In this document: positions 7,752-16,300 of the stretch, piece after piece
Numbering within the stretch: the first letter of the stretch is position 1
How the letters are laid out: each line of letters opens with the position of its first letter
Source: Gallionellaceae bacterium
Lineage (GTDB): Bacteria > Pseudomonadota > Gammaproteobacteria > Burkholderiales > Gallionellaceae
DNA length: 64,000 nt
Assembly: GCA_038925245.1 (NCBI GenBank)
Contig: JBCKTZ010000002.1
Coordinates: forward strand, 11,568-75,567
Reading direction: 5' to 3'
The notes under the pieces: generated by a model
What the model was told of the DNA's origin: nothing
Database searches by the model: none
The model's input: only the letters and a program-made list of their open reading frames with translations
Translations under genes and position numbers: made by a program

Positions 7752-10082
7752 ATGAAAAGTTTGATCTGTTCTTTGTTGCTGTCGCTGGCACTCACCGTCG
7801 GTGCGTCGGTGCAAGCGCAGACGTTTGAGCAGTCGGTGGCGGCCAATGATCGCAAGGATTTCCGCACGGCGTTTGCAGGGTTTAAAAAGCTGGCCGAGAA
7901 GGGGAGTGCCGGGGCGCAGAGGAGCCTAGGTGAGATGTATCACTACGGCGAAGGCGTTCCCAAGGACTACCAGCAGGCCTTGGCGTGGTACCGCAAGGCC
8001 GCCGACCAGGGGGATGCCATGGCGTGGTTCCGCCTGGGTGAGATGTATAACAACGGCCAAGGCGTGCCCAAGGACGATCAGCAAGCCGTGGTGTGGTTCC
8101 GCAAAGCAGCCAAGCAGGGGAATGCTCGTGCGCAGATCAGCCTGGGTGAGATGTATCGCTACGGCCAAGGCGTGCCCAAGGACGATCAGCAAGCTGCAGC
8201 GTGGTACAGGAAAGCCGCCGAGCAGGGGGATGAGGGCGCACAGTACAACCTTGGCAATATGTATGCCGACGGTCGAGGAGTGCCCAAGGACGAGCAGCAA
8301 GCAGTGGCGTGGTACCGCAAAGCCGCCGAGCAAGGGGATGGCATGGCGCAGGACAAACTGGGCAATATGTATGCCGACGGTCGAGGAGTGCCCAAGGACG
8401 AGCAGCAAGCAGTGGCGTGGTACCGCAAAGCCGCTGAAAATGAGAGCCACTTTATGTGGCAGTTTCGCTTTCGTCGAGGAGAACCCAAGAACGAGCAGCA
8501 GAAGATGGCGTGGTATCGCATAGACGCCGAGCAGGGAAATGCCAGTGCGCAGGCCATGCTGGGCATGATGTATGATCACGGACGAGGCGTGCCACAGGAC
8601 TACCAGCAGGCGGAGGTGTGGTACCGCAAAGCAGCCGAGCAAGGGAATGCCGTGGCGCAGTTCGGCCTAGGAAAGATGTATGAACACGGCCTAGGCGTAC
8701 CCAAGGACGAGCAGCAAGCCATGGTGTGGTACAGGAAAGCCGCAGAGCAGGGCTATGTCGTGGCACAGTACAACCTAGGCCAGATGTATTTCATGGTCAA
8801 AGGCGAGGCGCGCGATCTCAAGCAAGCCGCAGCGTGGTACCGCAAGGCCGCCGAGCAGGAGCTTGCTAACGCGCAGAGCATGCTAGGCTATATGTATGAA
8901 CACGGCCTAGGCGTACCCAAGGACGAGCAGCAAGCTGTGGTGTGGTATAGGAAAGCCGCCGAGCAGGGGTTTGCCAGTGCGCAGCGCAAGCTCGGCCTGA
9001 TGTATCGCATAGGCCAAGGCGTGACACTCGACCCCAGGCAAGCCTTTTACTGGTGGACCAAAGCTGCCGATCAGGGCTATGCCGATGCTCAGTTCGACCT
9101 GGGCTATATGTATGAATTCGGCCAAGGCGTGCCAAAGGACGTACAGCAGGCGGTGGCGTGGTACCGCAAAGCCGCCGAGCAGGGGCATGCCATGGCGCAG
9201 ACAACCATGGGCGTGATGTATCGCAAGGGCCAAGGCGTACCCAAGGATGAACAATCGGCTTATTTATGGTGGCTGCTGGCCAGTGCACAGGGGAATCAAC
9301 ATGCAGCAAATTTCCGTGATTCGGTGGAGTCCATCTTGTCTCCCGAGCAACGCGCCGCCGCGCAAGCCGCCGCGCGCAACTGGCAGCCCAAAACCGCCGC
9401 GCAATCCAGCAATGACCCCGGTGGAAGTTCCGCTGACTCCGGTGGCTCGAACTCCGCCCCTAGCCACGCGAAAGCCCAAGCCGACAGTACCGGCAGTGGC
9501 TTTCGCGTGGCGCGCGACGCCATCGTCACCAACCATCATGTGATTGACGGCTGCAGCCGCTTGCACGTCAACGGCACCGCCGCCCAGGTGCGCGGCAGCG
9601 ATGCGCGTAGTGACCTAGCCTTACTGGGTGTTAATCTGCCAGGCCCCAGCGTCAGCTTGCGGGCGCAGCGCGCGGCGGTGGGCGAACCGGTGGCAGTAGC
9701 GGGGTACCCGCTGCGTGGCCTACTCTCGGGTTTCAACATGACCACCGGCAACCTCAGTAGCCTGTCTGGCCTGGGGGGCGACACACGCTATCTACAGATC
9801 ACCGCGCCGGTGCAGCCCGGCAACAGCGGCGGCCCCATGCTGGACTCGGCGGGCAACCTGATGGGTGTGGTGGTGTCCAAGCTGGACGCGATCAAGCTGG
9901 CCAAGATCACCGGCGACATTCCGCAAAACGTCAACTTCGCGATTAACGCCAATGTGCTGCGCTCGTTCCTAGATGCCAACAGCGTGGACTACAACAGCGC
10001 CAGCTCCGACAAGCCACTACCGCCCACGGCGATTGCAGAAAAGGCCAAGGGCTTTACTGTGTTGGTGGAGTGCTGGAAGTGA
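7752..10082 (+). CDS. exported Sel1-repeat (SLR) protein fused to a C-terminal trypsin-like (S1C-type) serine protease domain
   Basis: Sec signal peptide (...ASVQA/QT). I count 13 units of 36 aa with a GxMYxxGxGVxxD...AxxWYRKAAEQG core. The C-terminal domain has TNHHV (His), SDLALL (Asp) and GNSGGP (Ser). The start is set at ATG 7752. Confidence 0.85.
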   Translation: MKSLICSLLLSLALTVGASVQAQTFEQSVAANDRKDFRTAFAGFKKLAEKGSAGAQRSLGEMYHYGEGVPKDYQQALAWYRKAADQGDAMAWFRLGEMYNNGQGVPKDDQQAVVWFRKAAKQGNARAQISLGEMYRYGQGVPKDDQQAAAWYRKAAEQGDEGAQYNLGNMYADGRGVPKDEQQAVAWYRKAAEQGDGMAQDKLGNMYADGRGVPKDEQQAVAWYRKAAENESHFMWQFRFRRGEPKNEQQKMAWYRIDAEQGNASAQAMLGMMYDHGRGVPQDYQQAEVWYRKAAEQGNAVAQFGLGKMYEHGLGVPKDEQQAMVWYRKAAEQGYVVAQYNLGQMYFMVKGEARDLKQAAAWYRKAAEQELANAQSMLGYMYEHGLGVPKDEQQAVVWYRKAAEQGFASAQRKLGLMYRIGQGVTLDPRQAFYWWTKAADQGYADAQFDLGYMYEFGQGVPKDVQQAVAWYRKAAEQGHAMAQTTMGVMYRKGQGVPKDEQSAYLWWLLASAQGNQHAANFRDSVESILSPEQRAAAQAAARNWQPKTAAQSSNDPGGSSADSGGSNSAPSHAKAQADSTGSGFRVARDAIVTNHHVIDGCSRLHVNGTAAQVRGSDARSDLALLGVNLPGPSVSLRAQRAAVGEPVAVAGYPLRGLLSGFNMTTGNLSSLSGLGGDTRYLQITAPVQPGNSGGPMLDSAGNLMGVVVSKLDAIKLAKITGDIPQNVNFAINANVLRSFLDANSVDYNSASSDKPLPPTAIAEKAKGFTVLVECWK

Positions 10083-10202
10083 GCTTGCCGACGCGACCAT
10101 ACACGTGATGGTGTCAAATGTTGAAGATAATGGAATCGTCCCCTTTGTCGCGAACTTACTAGCCAATCTGAAGCAGAACTAAGCACCCCGAAAGAGAAAA
10201 CT

Positions 10203-12248
10203 ATGACACGATCAATTCAAATCTTTTTGGCTGCCTTTGCCATATTGTTGGTGGGTTGCGATAACAGCACATCGACCACGAGCGCCGAAAAATCCCAAGC
10301 CACCAATGCAGCTAACACGAGCAACAAGATCGATCCCAAGAACTACGACGGGCCACTTTTCCCGGCCATAAAGGATGGAAAATATGGCTTTATTGATACC
10401 AAGGGAAACTTTTTAATTCCTCCAACCTTCACGTCAGCCGAAAACTTTAGCGAGGGAATGGCTGCGGTATATGTGGGAGGACGATCATTTATTTACGGAG
10501 AATCAGGTCAACACATAAGCCTAGAAGGCGGGAAATGGGGTTACATTGACCGTACTGGAGAAATTAAAATCCCCCCACAGTTTGGAGAGGCCGCACAATT
10601 CAATGAAGGCCTTGCGTTCGTAGCGGGCGACATAGGCCATAAAGAGGCTTGGGGGTTTATTGACGCACAGGGTTTGTACAAAATCAATCCGAAATATGGG
10701 CCTGAGCAATCTTCCTTTAAAAACGGAATCGCCTTTGTTAGGTTGGCTGATAGTGATAAAGTAACCCTTGAAAATGGTCACTGGTTTGACGTATCAGGTA
10801 AGGAAATTAGTATTGCTGAAGCAGCAGAAAAAATGGCCAAGCACTCAGCGCTTAACAAAAAGCACTGGATTGACGCTTCAGGCAAAGTAATTGACGGCAT
10901 CAAGGCGTTAAGCATAATCAAATTGAATCGCATAGCTTTTGAACAAAAAAATACTCTCGAGATAGATGGGGGAGCTTATTACAACGTTGGTCAAGAGGGC
11001 TTGAAAGACAGCAAGGGGCGCGTTGTTGTCAAAGCAAAGTTTTATTCTATTGGAGATTTTTATAACAAATTCGAAGGGAAGGTATATGAATTCACAGATG
11101 CTTGCATAGTATCTACTTGGATAACATACCCGAGGCGCAATTATGCGATGATGAAAACAGTAAAATGTGGATTAATCGACATGAATGGGGATTTTGTTCT
11201 TGCTCCCGATTTTGATCGAGTAAGACTAATATCTGAAGATTTAGCCGTGTTCACCATAGGGTGTGATCGCCAGTGGGAGTGTGATGCCGCGAAAGAAGGC
11301 ATTTTCAGTATCAAAGAACAAAAAATTATTGTAAATCCGCAATTTAAGTGGATTGGAAAATTACGTGATGGGCTGATTGCAGTTGATCTCGACGGCAAGT
11401 TGGGGTTCATCGATGTCAGCGGTAAGTATGTCATTCAACCTCAATTTACTTCTGCATTACTCTTTAAAGATGGATTGGCTCGAGTTGGCTTAGCTGACTA
11501 TATCAACAAGACCGGCGAGTATGTGTACAAGGGTTCAATAGGCAATCTGCAACCAAAGCCCAAGGAAACCACTGCTTCACCTGGCGCTGGCAACCCTGTA
11601 TCGGCGAGTGGATCACTGGCTAAAAAAGGTACCGGAACGGTTTTTATTATCAGCAAGGAAGGCCACGCGATAACCAACCACCACGTTGTCGGTGGCTGTA
11701 GCGAACTTCGTGTCGAAGGCCGTGAAGGGGTGGCTAAACTCGTTACCGCTGACGAGGTCAATGATCTGGCGCTGATTAAGGTTCCTGGAAATATATCAGC
11801 CACGGCAACCATCGCCGCTGATCCGGTAAAGCTGCGGCAGGGCGATGACATCATCGTATTCGGCTTTCCGCTCAACGCTGTGCTGTCGTCGGGTGGGAAC
11901 CTGACGCCAGGCGTGGTCAGCGCGCTCACCGGCCTCGGCAACAACACCAACCAGATTCAGATTACCGCGCCGATCCAGCCCGGTTCCAGCGGCAGCCCGG
12001 TGCTGAACAAGAAGGGTGAAGTCGTCGGCGTGGTGTCGATGAAACTCGATGATATAAAGATGGCGAAGGCGACAGGGCAGTTCGGTCAGAACGTCAACTT
12101 CGCCGTGAGCGGCCAGACCCTGAAATCCTTCGTCGATACGCACAAGGTCAGGTATCGCAGCGGCGGGATGCTGTCGTTCGAGAAGAGCACCGCCGACCTC
12201 GCAGACGAGGCGCGGAAATGGACTCTGGTGGTGGAGTGCTGGAAGTAA
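10203..12248 (+). CDS. lipoprotein with WG-containing beta-repeats fused to a C-terminal trypsin-like serine protease domain
   Basis: Lipobox LLVGC. GKYGFID / GKWGYID / EAWGFID / KLGFID repeats recur (WG/KWG repeat type). The C-terminal domain has TNHHV, NDLALI and GSSGSP, and the C-terminal tail matches the 7752-10082 protein. Confidence 0.8.
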   Translation: MTRSIQIFLAAFAILLVGCDNSTSTTSAEKSQATNAANTSNKIDPKNYDGPLFPAIKDGKYGFIDTKGNFLIPPTFTSAENFSEGMAAVYVGGRSFIYGESGQHISLEGGKWGYIDRTGEIKIPPQFGEAAQFNEGLAFVAGDIGHKEAWGFIDAQGLYKINPKYGPEQSSFKNGIAFVRLADSDKVTLENGHWFDVSGKEISIAEAAEKMAKHSALNKKHWIDASGKVIDGIKALSIIKLNRIAFEQKNTLEIDGGAYYNVGQEGLKDSKGRVVVKAKFYSIGDFYNKFEGKVYEFTDACIVSTWITYPRRNYAMMKTVKCGLIDMNGDFVLAPDFDRVRLISEDLAVFTIGCDRQWECDAAKEGIFSIKEQKIIVNPQFKWIGKLRDGLIAVDLDGKLGFIDVSGKYVIQPQFTSALLFKDGLARVGLADYINKTGEYVYKGSIGNLQPKPKETTASPGAGNPVSASGSLAKKGTGTVFIISKEGHAITNHHVVGGCSELRVEGREGVAKLVTADEVNDLALIKVPGNISATATIAADPVKLRQGDDIIVFGFPLNAVLSSGGNLTPGVVSALTGLGNNTNQIQITAPIQPGSSGSPVLNKKGEVVGVVSMKLDDIKMAKATGQFGQNVNFAVSGQTLKSFVDTHKVRYRSGGMLSFEKSTADLADEARKWTLVVECWK

Positions 12249-12264
12249 GGGCGAGTGAACAACT

Positions 12265-12576
12265 TCACTTCGGGGCATGCCAGGTCGCTTTAAAGCCCCC
12301 GTCCCGCCATCCCCTTAATCGGGTGTATCCCAGCTTGCGCAAAATATCTCCAAGCTCTCCTGCTTGAGCTTGGCGGCCTTGTCGACCTTTCAGTGACACA
12401 CGGAAGAACTCCAACGACTGGGGCTGAGTGCGCTGTTCGGGGGGCAGTCCCGCGATAAATTTCTGTAACCGCTGGATCAAGGGGGCGAGGGGCCTTTCAG
12501 TTTCGGGCGCAGGGGTGGGTTTGATATGGCTGGCAGCCTTTATTTTTTCCATCCACGTTATGATATGGGCATCCAC
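12265..12576 (-). CDS. hypothetical protein (103 aa)
   Basis: ORF only. It is convergent with the protease gene and I recognise no motif. Confidence 0.45.
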   Translation of the reverse strand: MDAHIITWMEKIKAASHIKPTPAPETERPLAPLIQRLQKFIAGLPPEQRTQPQSLEFFRVSLKGRQGRQAQAGELGDILRKLGYTRLRGWRDGGFKATWHAPK

Positions 12577-12796
12577 AAATAAAATCCTTTTTTGGTGGTG
12601 GTTGTGATTTGCTATGTCTGCATTAAGTGTTGCAGAGCAAGCATTAAAGTAATATTATTGTTATAAATCAATAAGTTGCATGTTATTGGTTAAGCCGAAT
12701 TCTATCGTTTATATTCAACGAGACGCAAGAACTGCAACAGCTAATTTAGACATAGCCTTGTGATTCGCCTCAGATTCTCACTTGGCGGCCATGAAT

Positions 12797-12900
12797 TGCG
12801 TGATATGCGTGATATACCCCCCCTAAAACATAAACTTTTCTATAACTCTCTCGCATGGAAAAGTTTTGAGAAATAGGTCAATAATCACGCATATCACGCA
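12797..12900. promoter_or_regulatory. inverted pair of double GCGTGATA boxes next to an AT-rich tract; candidate island replication origin
   Basis: TGCGTGATATGCGTGAT (from 12797) is the perfect reverse complement of ATCACGCATATCACGCA (12884-12900). The site is immediately downstream of the primase gene and next to very AT-rich DNA (12600-12780). Confidence 0.45.
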
Positions 12901-12907
12901 CCCCTCG

Positions 12908-15271
12908 CTAGGCCGCTGCCATACCGTGCATGTTCAAGGCAAGCCCGCCAATATTCCGCTTGTCAGGCAGTATGGGGTAGCCGCGTTCCCCAAGTCGCCT
13001 GGTCAATCTCCTTTGCGCCAAAGGGTGATGCCCGTTATCCAGCGCCCATTTACGGTATGCCCGGTAGAGTAGGTCTTTGCGGGCTTTTTTATCCTGCCCT
13101 CTATCGCAGTGCTCAGCTAACCATTCGCCGATAGTGTCTTGCTCATCACGGTAAGCCGCCGTTGCGGCTTCAATCTTTTTGGGTACGGATAGGCCACCTT
13201 GCTGCCACTTCCGCAGTCCAGCCAGCGACCAATTAAGAATACCAGCCCCTTCATTTTTCAGTTTTTCCAGCAGTTTCGGATCACGCATTTTTTCCTCGAT
13301 AGTCACGTCAAATTGAACCAAACAAACACGCCGCCACATGCCATGGCTGCTGTCTCCAATTTCAGGCTTGTGGTTGCCTACGATTGCAAGCTTGTGTGTT
13401 GGTTGAAATGTGATGTCGGCCTTGCCGTATGGCACCCGGCCAGCCAGTGTGTCGCCGCCGGTCATTTCCTTGACCTTGGCCTCGGCCAGCTTCCGGCCTT
13501 CTTCTGTTTCGTTAGCATAGACAAAGCGCCTGCCTTTAAGGGAAACAATGTCAGGGCTTGCAGCTTGCGGACTCCGCTGGTGTTGCATCAACATTTCCGT
13601 GGCGATTTTTTTGGCGTAGTCACCAAGTAGCCATGCGAGTAATTCAACGAACACGCTTTTACCGTTCGCGCCGCTACCGTGCAGGAATACAAATCTCTGT
13701 TCTTGCACGCTACCCGTTAAGCAATACCCCACCCATCGCTGGAGAAATTTCTGCATTTCAGGATCGGGTTGAACATCGGCGAGGAACTGTTCCCATTGCG
13801 GACAGGTTGCCCCTTGGTCATAAATAACATTGCAACGTTTGGTCACTAGCAGGCTGGGCGACACGGGCAATAGCTTCCCGCCACGAAGATCAAGAACCCC
13901 ATTTGCCACCCCAAGCTGCATGGAGTCAGCGTCAAAGTCATTCAGGCTTCTAGTCATTCCACTTTCTGATGCGGCCATGCTGATCATCGCATTAATTTTT
14001 GGCTCTGTGCTGGACTGATCCACGTGCTTCATAAAACGCTTAACTTTTTGATCATCAGGATTCAGCTTCCACTGTTCCGCAGCGTTGGCGCGCATTGCCG
14101 CCACAACTTCCTTGCCCGCACGATCAGCCTCTCCCGGTTGTGCATGTACCCATCCGGCTGCATCGCTGAATTGCAGCACGTCGCCCGTTTCGTGCACGAA
14201 CAGCAGCTTGTCCCGGAACATGTCCGCAAAGGCTTTTCCGTTCATAATATCTCCGGCAGTGTCACCGTGCGAGGCTTCAATCGAGACTGTATTTCCTGTA
14301 TCTACCCAGCCTGCCTCTTTCGCGTGGTGAACCAGCGTGCCGAAGCCGATTCCGCCATCTGGATTAAATGAGTTCCAGTCCTTAGTAAAGGCAACTGCGT
14401 CATATTTGTCCGGCGCGGTTGCTGACCACTCAAGGGCCAGTACCTGAGCACACCGCCAACCTGTACTCGCTATCGCCCATATTATATTGAGCCAGCGCGT
14501 CCGATCACAGTCAGCAGGAATAGTTGCCAACATTGATTTCACACGCTCGATTTCTTCCGGCGTTTCCGGTGGGGGCGGTGATTTCAAATCGGCGGTAAGG
14601 GCATGGTTTAGAGCTAGGCTGTCAGTAGAGTACTCTGCCTTTTGCACCTGATCGAGAAGCAAACCACTAGACATCTCATCCGGGGTATACACTATCGCAT
14701 TCTGATTTGCCAAAACGATGCGCACTAGAAACGCCCCGCACTCATTAACGTAGATACCCCCCTTTTTCTTCTGGTGATAGAACCCTGGCAGTCGTAGCAC
14801 GCGGGGGAGATCAATTACATTCTTATCGGTAGCAAATTTCTTGGCAAGCGCAACTTGAACCTGTCTGAATTCGTTTAAGTTACAGACTGCCTCCCAATAA
14901 ACATGGTAATTGCCTGGGCTGGATTCAATCAGCATTAGCGGAAGAACAGACCCGTCGCGAGCCGCCATAATTATTGGCTTGAGTGGGGCGCCGTCCGTGT
15001 CAGCAAAGTAACAGCGTACCTTGATAATGTTAGCCGCTTTGCGCCCATGTAAATCGGTCTGATTGATCGTTACGAATATTCCCGCGCCTTGCGCATTCAG
15101 GCCGGATAGCGCTTGACTGTGCTGCACCAGCGTGCCGTGAAAAATCCGCACTAACTGCGGGCGACCTTCATCGCTGTCGTCGAAGGTTTGAAAAGTGAAC
15201 TGATCGGTCTGTGGGTCGAGAAGATGCAGGAAACGCGCAGCCTCCGTGAGGTCGATTTGATTGGCTATCAT
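12908..15271 (-). CDS. P4-family primase/helicase (N-terminal primase-polymerase region plus C-terminal SF3 NTPase)
   Basis: Walker A FLHGSGANGKS. The C-terminal half resembles the phage/plasmid primase P4-family domain (VGYCLTG..., D5-type NTPase). Confidence 0.88.
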   Translation of the reverse strand: MIANQIDLTEAARFLHLLDPQTDQFTFQTFDDSDEGRPQLVRIFHGTLVQHSQALSGLNAQGAGIFVTINQTDLHGRKAANIIKVRCYFADTDGAPLKPIIMAARDGSVLPLMLIESSPGNYHVYWEAVCNLNEFRQVQVALAKKFATDKNVIDLPRVLRLPGFYHQKKKGGIYVNECGAFLVRIVLANQNAIVYTPDEMSSGLLLDQVQKAEYSTDSLALNHALTADLKSPPPPETPEEIERVKSMLATIPADCDRTRWLNIIWAIASTGWRCAQVLALEWSATAPDKYDAVAFTKDWNSFNPDGGIGFGTLVHHAKEAGWVDTGNTVSIEASHGDTAGDIMNGKAFADMFRDKLLFVHETGDVLQFSDAAGWVHAQPGEADRAGKEVVAAMRANAAEQWKLNPDDQKVKRFMKHVDQSSTEPKINAMISMAASESGMTRSLNDFDADSMQLGVANGVLDLRGGKLLPVSPSLLVTKRCNVIYDQGATCPQWEQFLADVQPDPEMQKFLQRWVGYCLTGSVQEQRFVFLHGSGANGKSVFVELLAWLLGDYAKKIATEMLMQHQRSPQAASPDIVSLKGRRFVYANETEEGRKLAEAKVKEMTGGDTLAGRVPYGKADITFQPTHKLAIVGNHKPEIGDSSHGMWRRVCLVQFDVTIEEKMRDPKLLEKLKNEGAGILNWSLAGLRKWQQGGLSVPKKIEAATAAYRDEQDTIGEWLAEHCDRGQDKKARKDLLYRAYRKWALDNGHHPLAQRRLTRRLGERGYPILPDKRNIGGLALNMHGMAAA

Positions 15272-15612
15272 GGCTTACCCCCTGCGCGTGCCAATCCATA
15301 GTTGTAAAACCCTGCGTGGCCTTTCGGGACAATTGTTTGTGGAAGAGCACCGCCATTCATCATGGCAACACTGCGTGCATAGGCTTCGAGAACATCCACC
15401 GGAAGGGCGGACATAAGCGAGACAAATAAAATGGATTCAGCCAAAACATCTATCGACTCCCCCCCGGCCATAACGCGACGGATGGCGGCGGTAACGACCA
15501 TCACACTTAGCTTTCCGGATGGTGTAGCCAGATAGTCCATGTAGGGAGCCATTTCAGGGCAGCTTTTTGGCATATCCCGGTGGTATGAAAAACAGCGTGT
15601 GTATTTTTTCAT
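15268..15612 (-). CDS. hypothetical protein (114 aa)
   Basis: The ORF overlaps the primase start by 4 nt, an operon-style junction. Confidence 0.5.
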   Translation of the reverse strand: MKKYTRCFSYHRDMPKSCPEMAPYMDYLATPSGKLSVMVVTAAIRRVMAGGESIDVLAESILFVSLMSALPVDVLEAYARSVAMMNGGALPQTIVPKGHAGFYNYGLARAGGKP

Positions 15613-15890
15613 TGCTGCCCCCGATCTATATTCTGACTATGGTCGTGAGGTAACTGTGTGGGTTGAATAGCTGGCTGCGAGCTGATAACTTGTGCGCCCT
15701 GGCCATTTCGATTTTTTTCCCAGGCCAAGATTTCATCTTGGGAAAATAAGCCATTTACTTGCAATGGAAAAATTGGATCATATTTCTTTGCGTCTTTAGC
15801 AAGAAGTTGGTTCATCTCGCTAAAGTTTATGCCAAGAGCGACAGCGACTTCGATGTGTTTGAGGTGACGTGTATTAGGGGCTGCGCTCAT
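15609..15890 (-). CDS. hypothetical protein (93 aa)
   Basis: 4-nt overlap with the downstream ORF. I recognise no motif. Confidence 0.5.
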   Translation of the reverse strand: MSAAPNTRHLKHIEVAVALGINFSEMNQLLAKDAKKYDPIFPLQVNGLFSQDEILAWEKNRNGQGAQVISSQPAIQPTQLPHDHSQNIDRGQQ

Positions 15891-15892
15891 AA

Positions 15893-16117
15893 TTATTTTC
15901 CCCCTTCATCATTAGCAACACGCTCAATTAGTGCACGTATATCATCCACTTTCCAAGCAGTTGTTCGATTTGATAAGTGCACGCTGGCTGGGTATTTACC
16001 CGATGCCACCCCTGCCCACCACGATGATCGACCAACTGGGAAGACTGCTAATATTTGAGGTAGTCGAACGAAGCCTGTTGCTGGTAAAGAATTTGATAGC
16101 ATATTGACGGTCTCCAT
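15893..16117 (-). CDS. AlpA-family (phage_AlpA / excisionase-like) DNA-binding protein
   Basis: FVRLPQILAVFPVGRSSWWAGVASGKYP...W...DI pattern typical of AlpA/Xis-type winged HTH proteins on P4-integrase islands. Confidence 0.8.
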   Translation of the reverse strand: METVNMLSNSLPATGFVRLPQILAVFPVGRSSWWAGVASGKYPASVHLSNRTTAWKVDDIRALIERVANDEGGK

Positions 16118-16300
16118 AATAGCTATTAAGACTTGATTGCCTTAATGCTGCGGAGGTTACACGCCGGATATTTTTTACGACTGGCATTGCTTGCCGCATA
16201 CGGCAAGCCTTCTAGCGCTTACACAGGGGGGAGGGGTGACTACAGAACTTTGACTTTAAAAATATACGGCAAGGTGATACGGCAAGCGCAGGGCTACGTA

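Noticed and set aside
7926-9566. Many overlapping ORFs in other frames and on the other strand inside the Sel1-repeat gene (for example 7926-8642 -, 7930-8523 +, 8866-9309 -).
   Set aside because: They are artefacts of a GC-rich, internally repetitive coding region. Their sequences are Arg/Pro/Cys-rich and mirror the 108-nt periodicity of the real frame.
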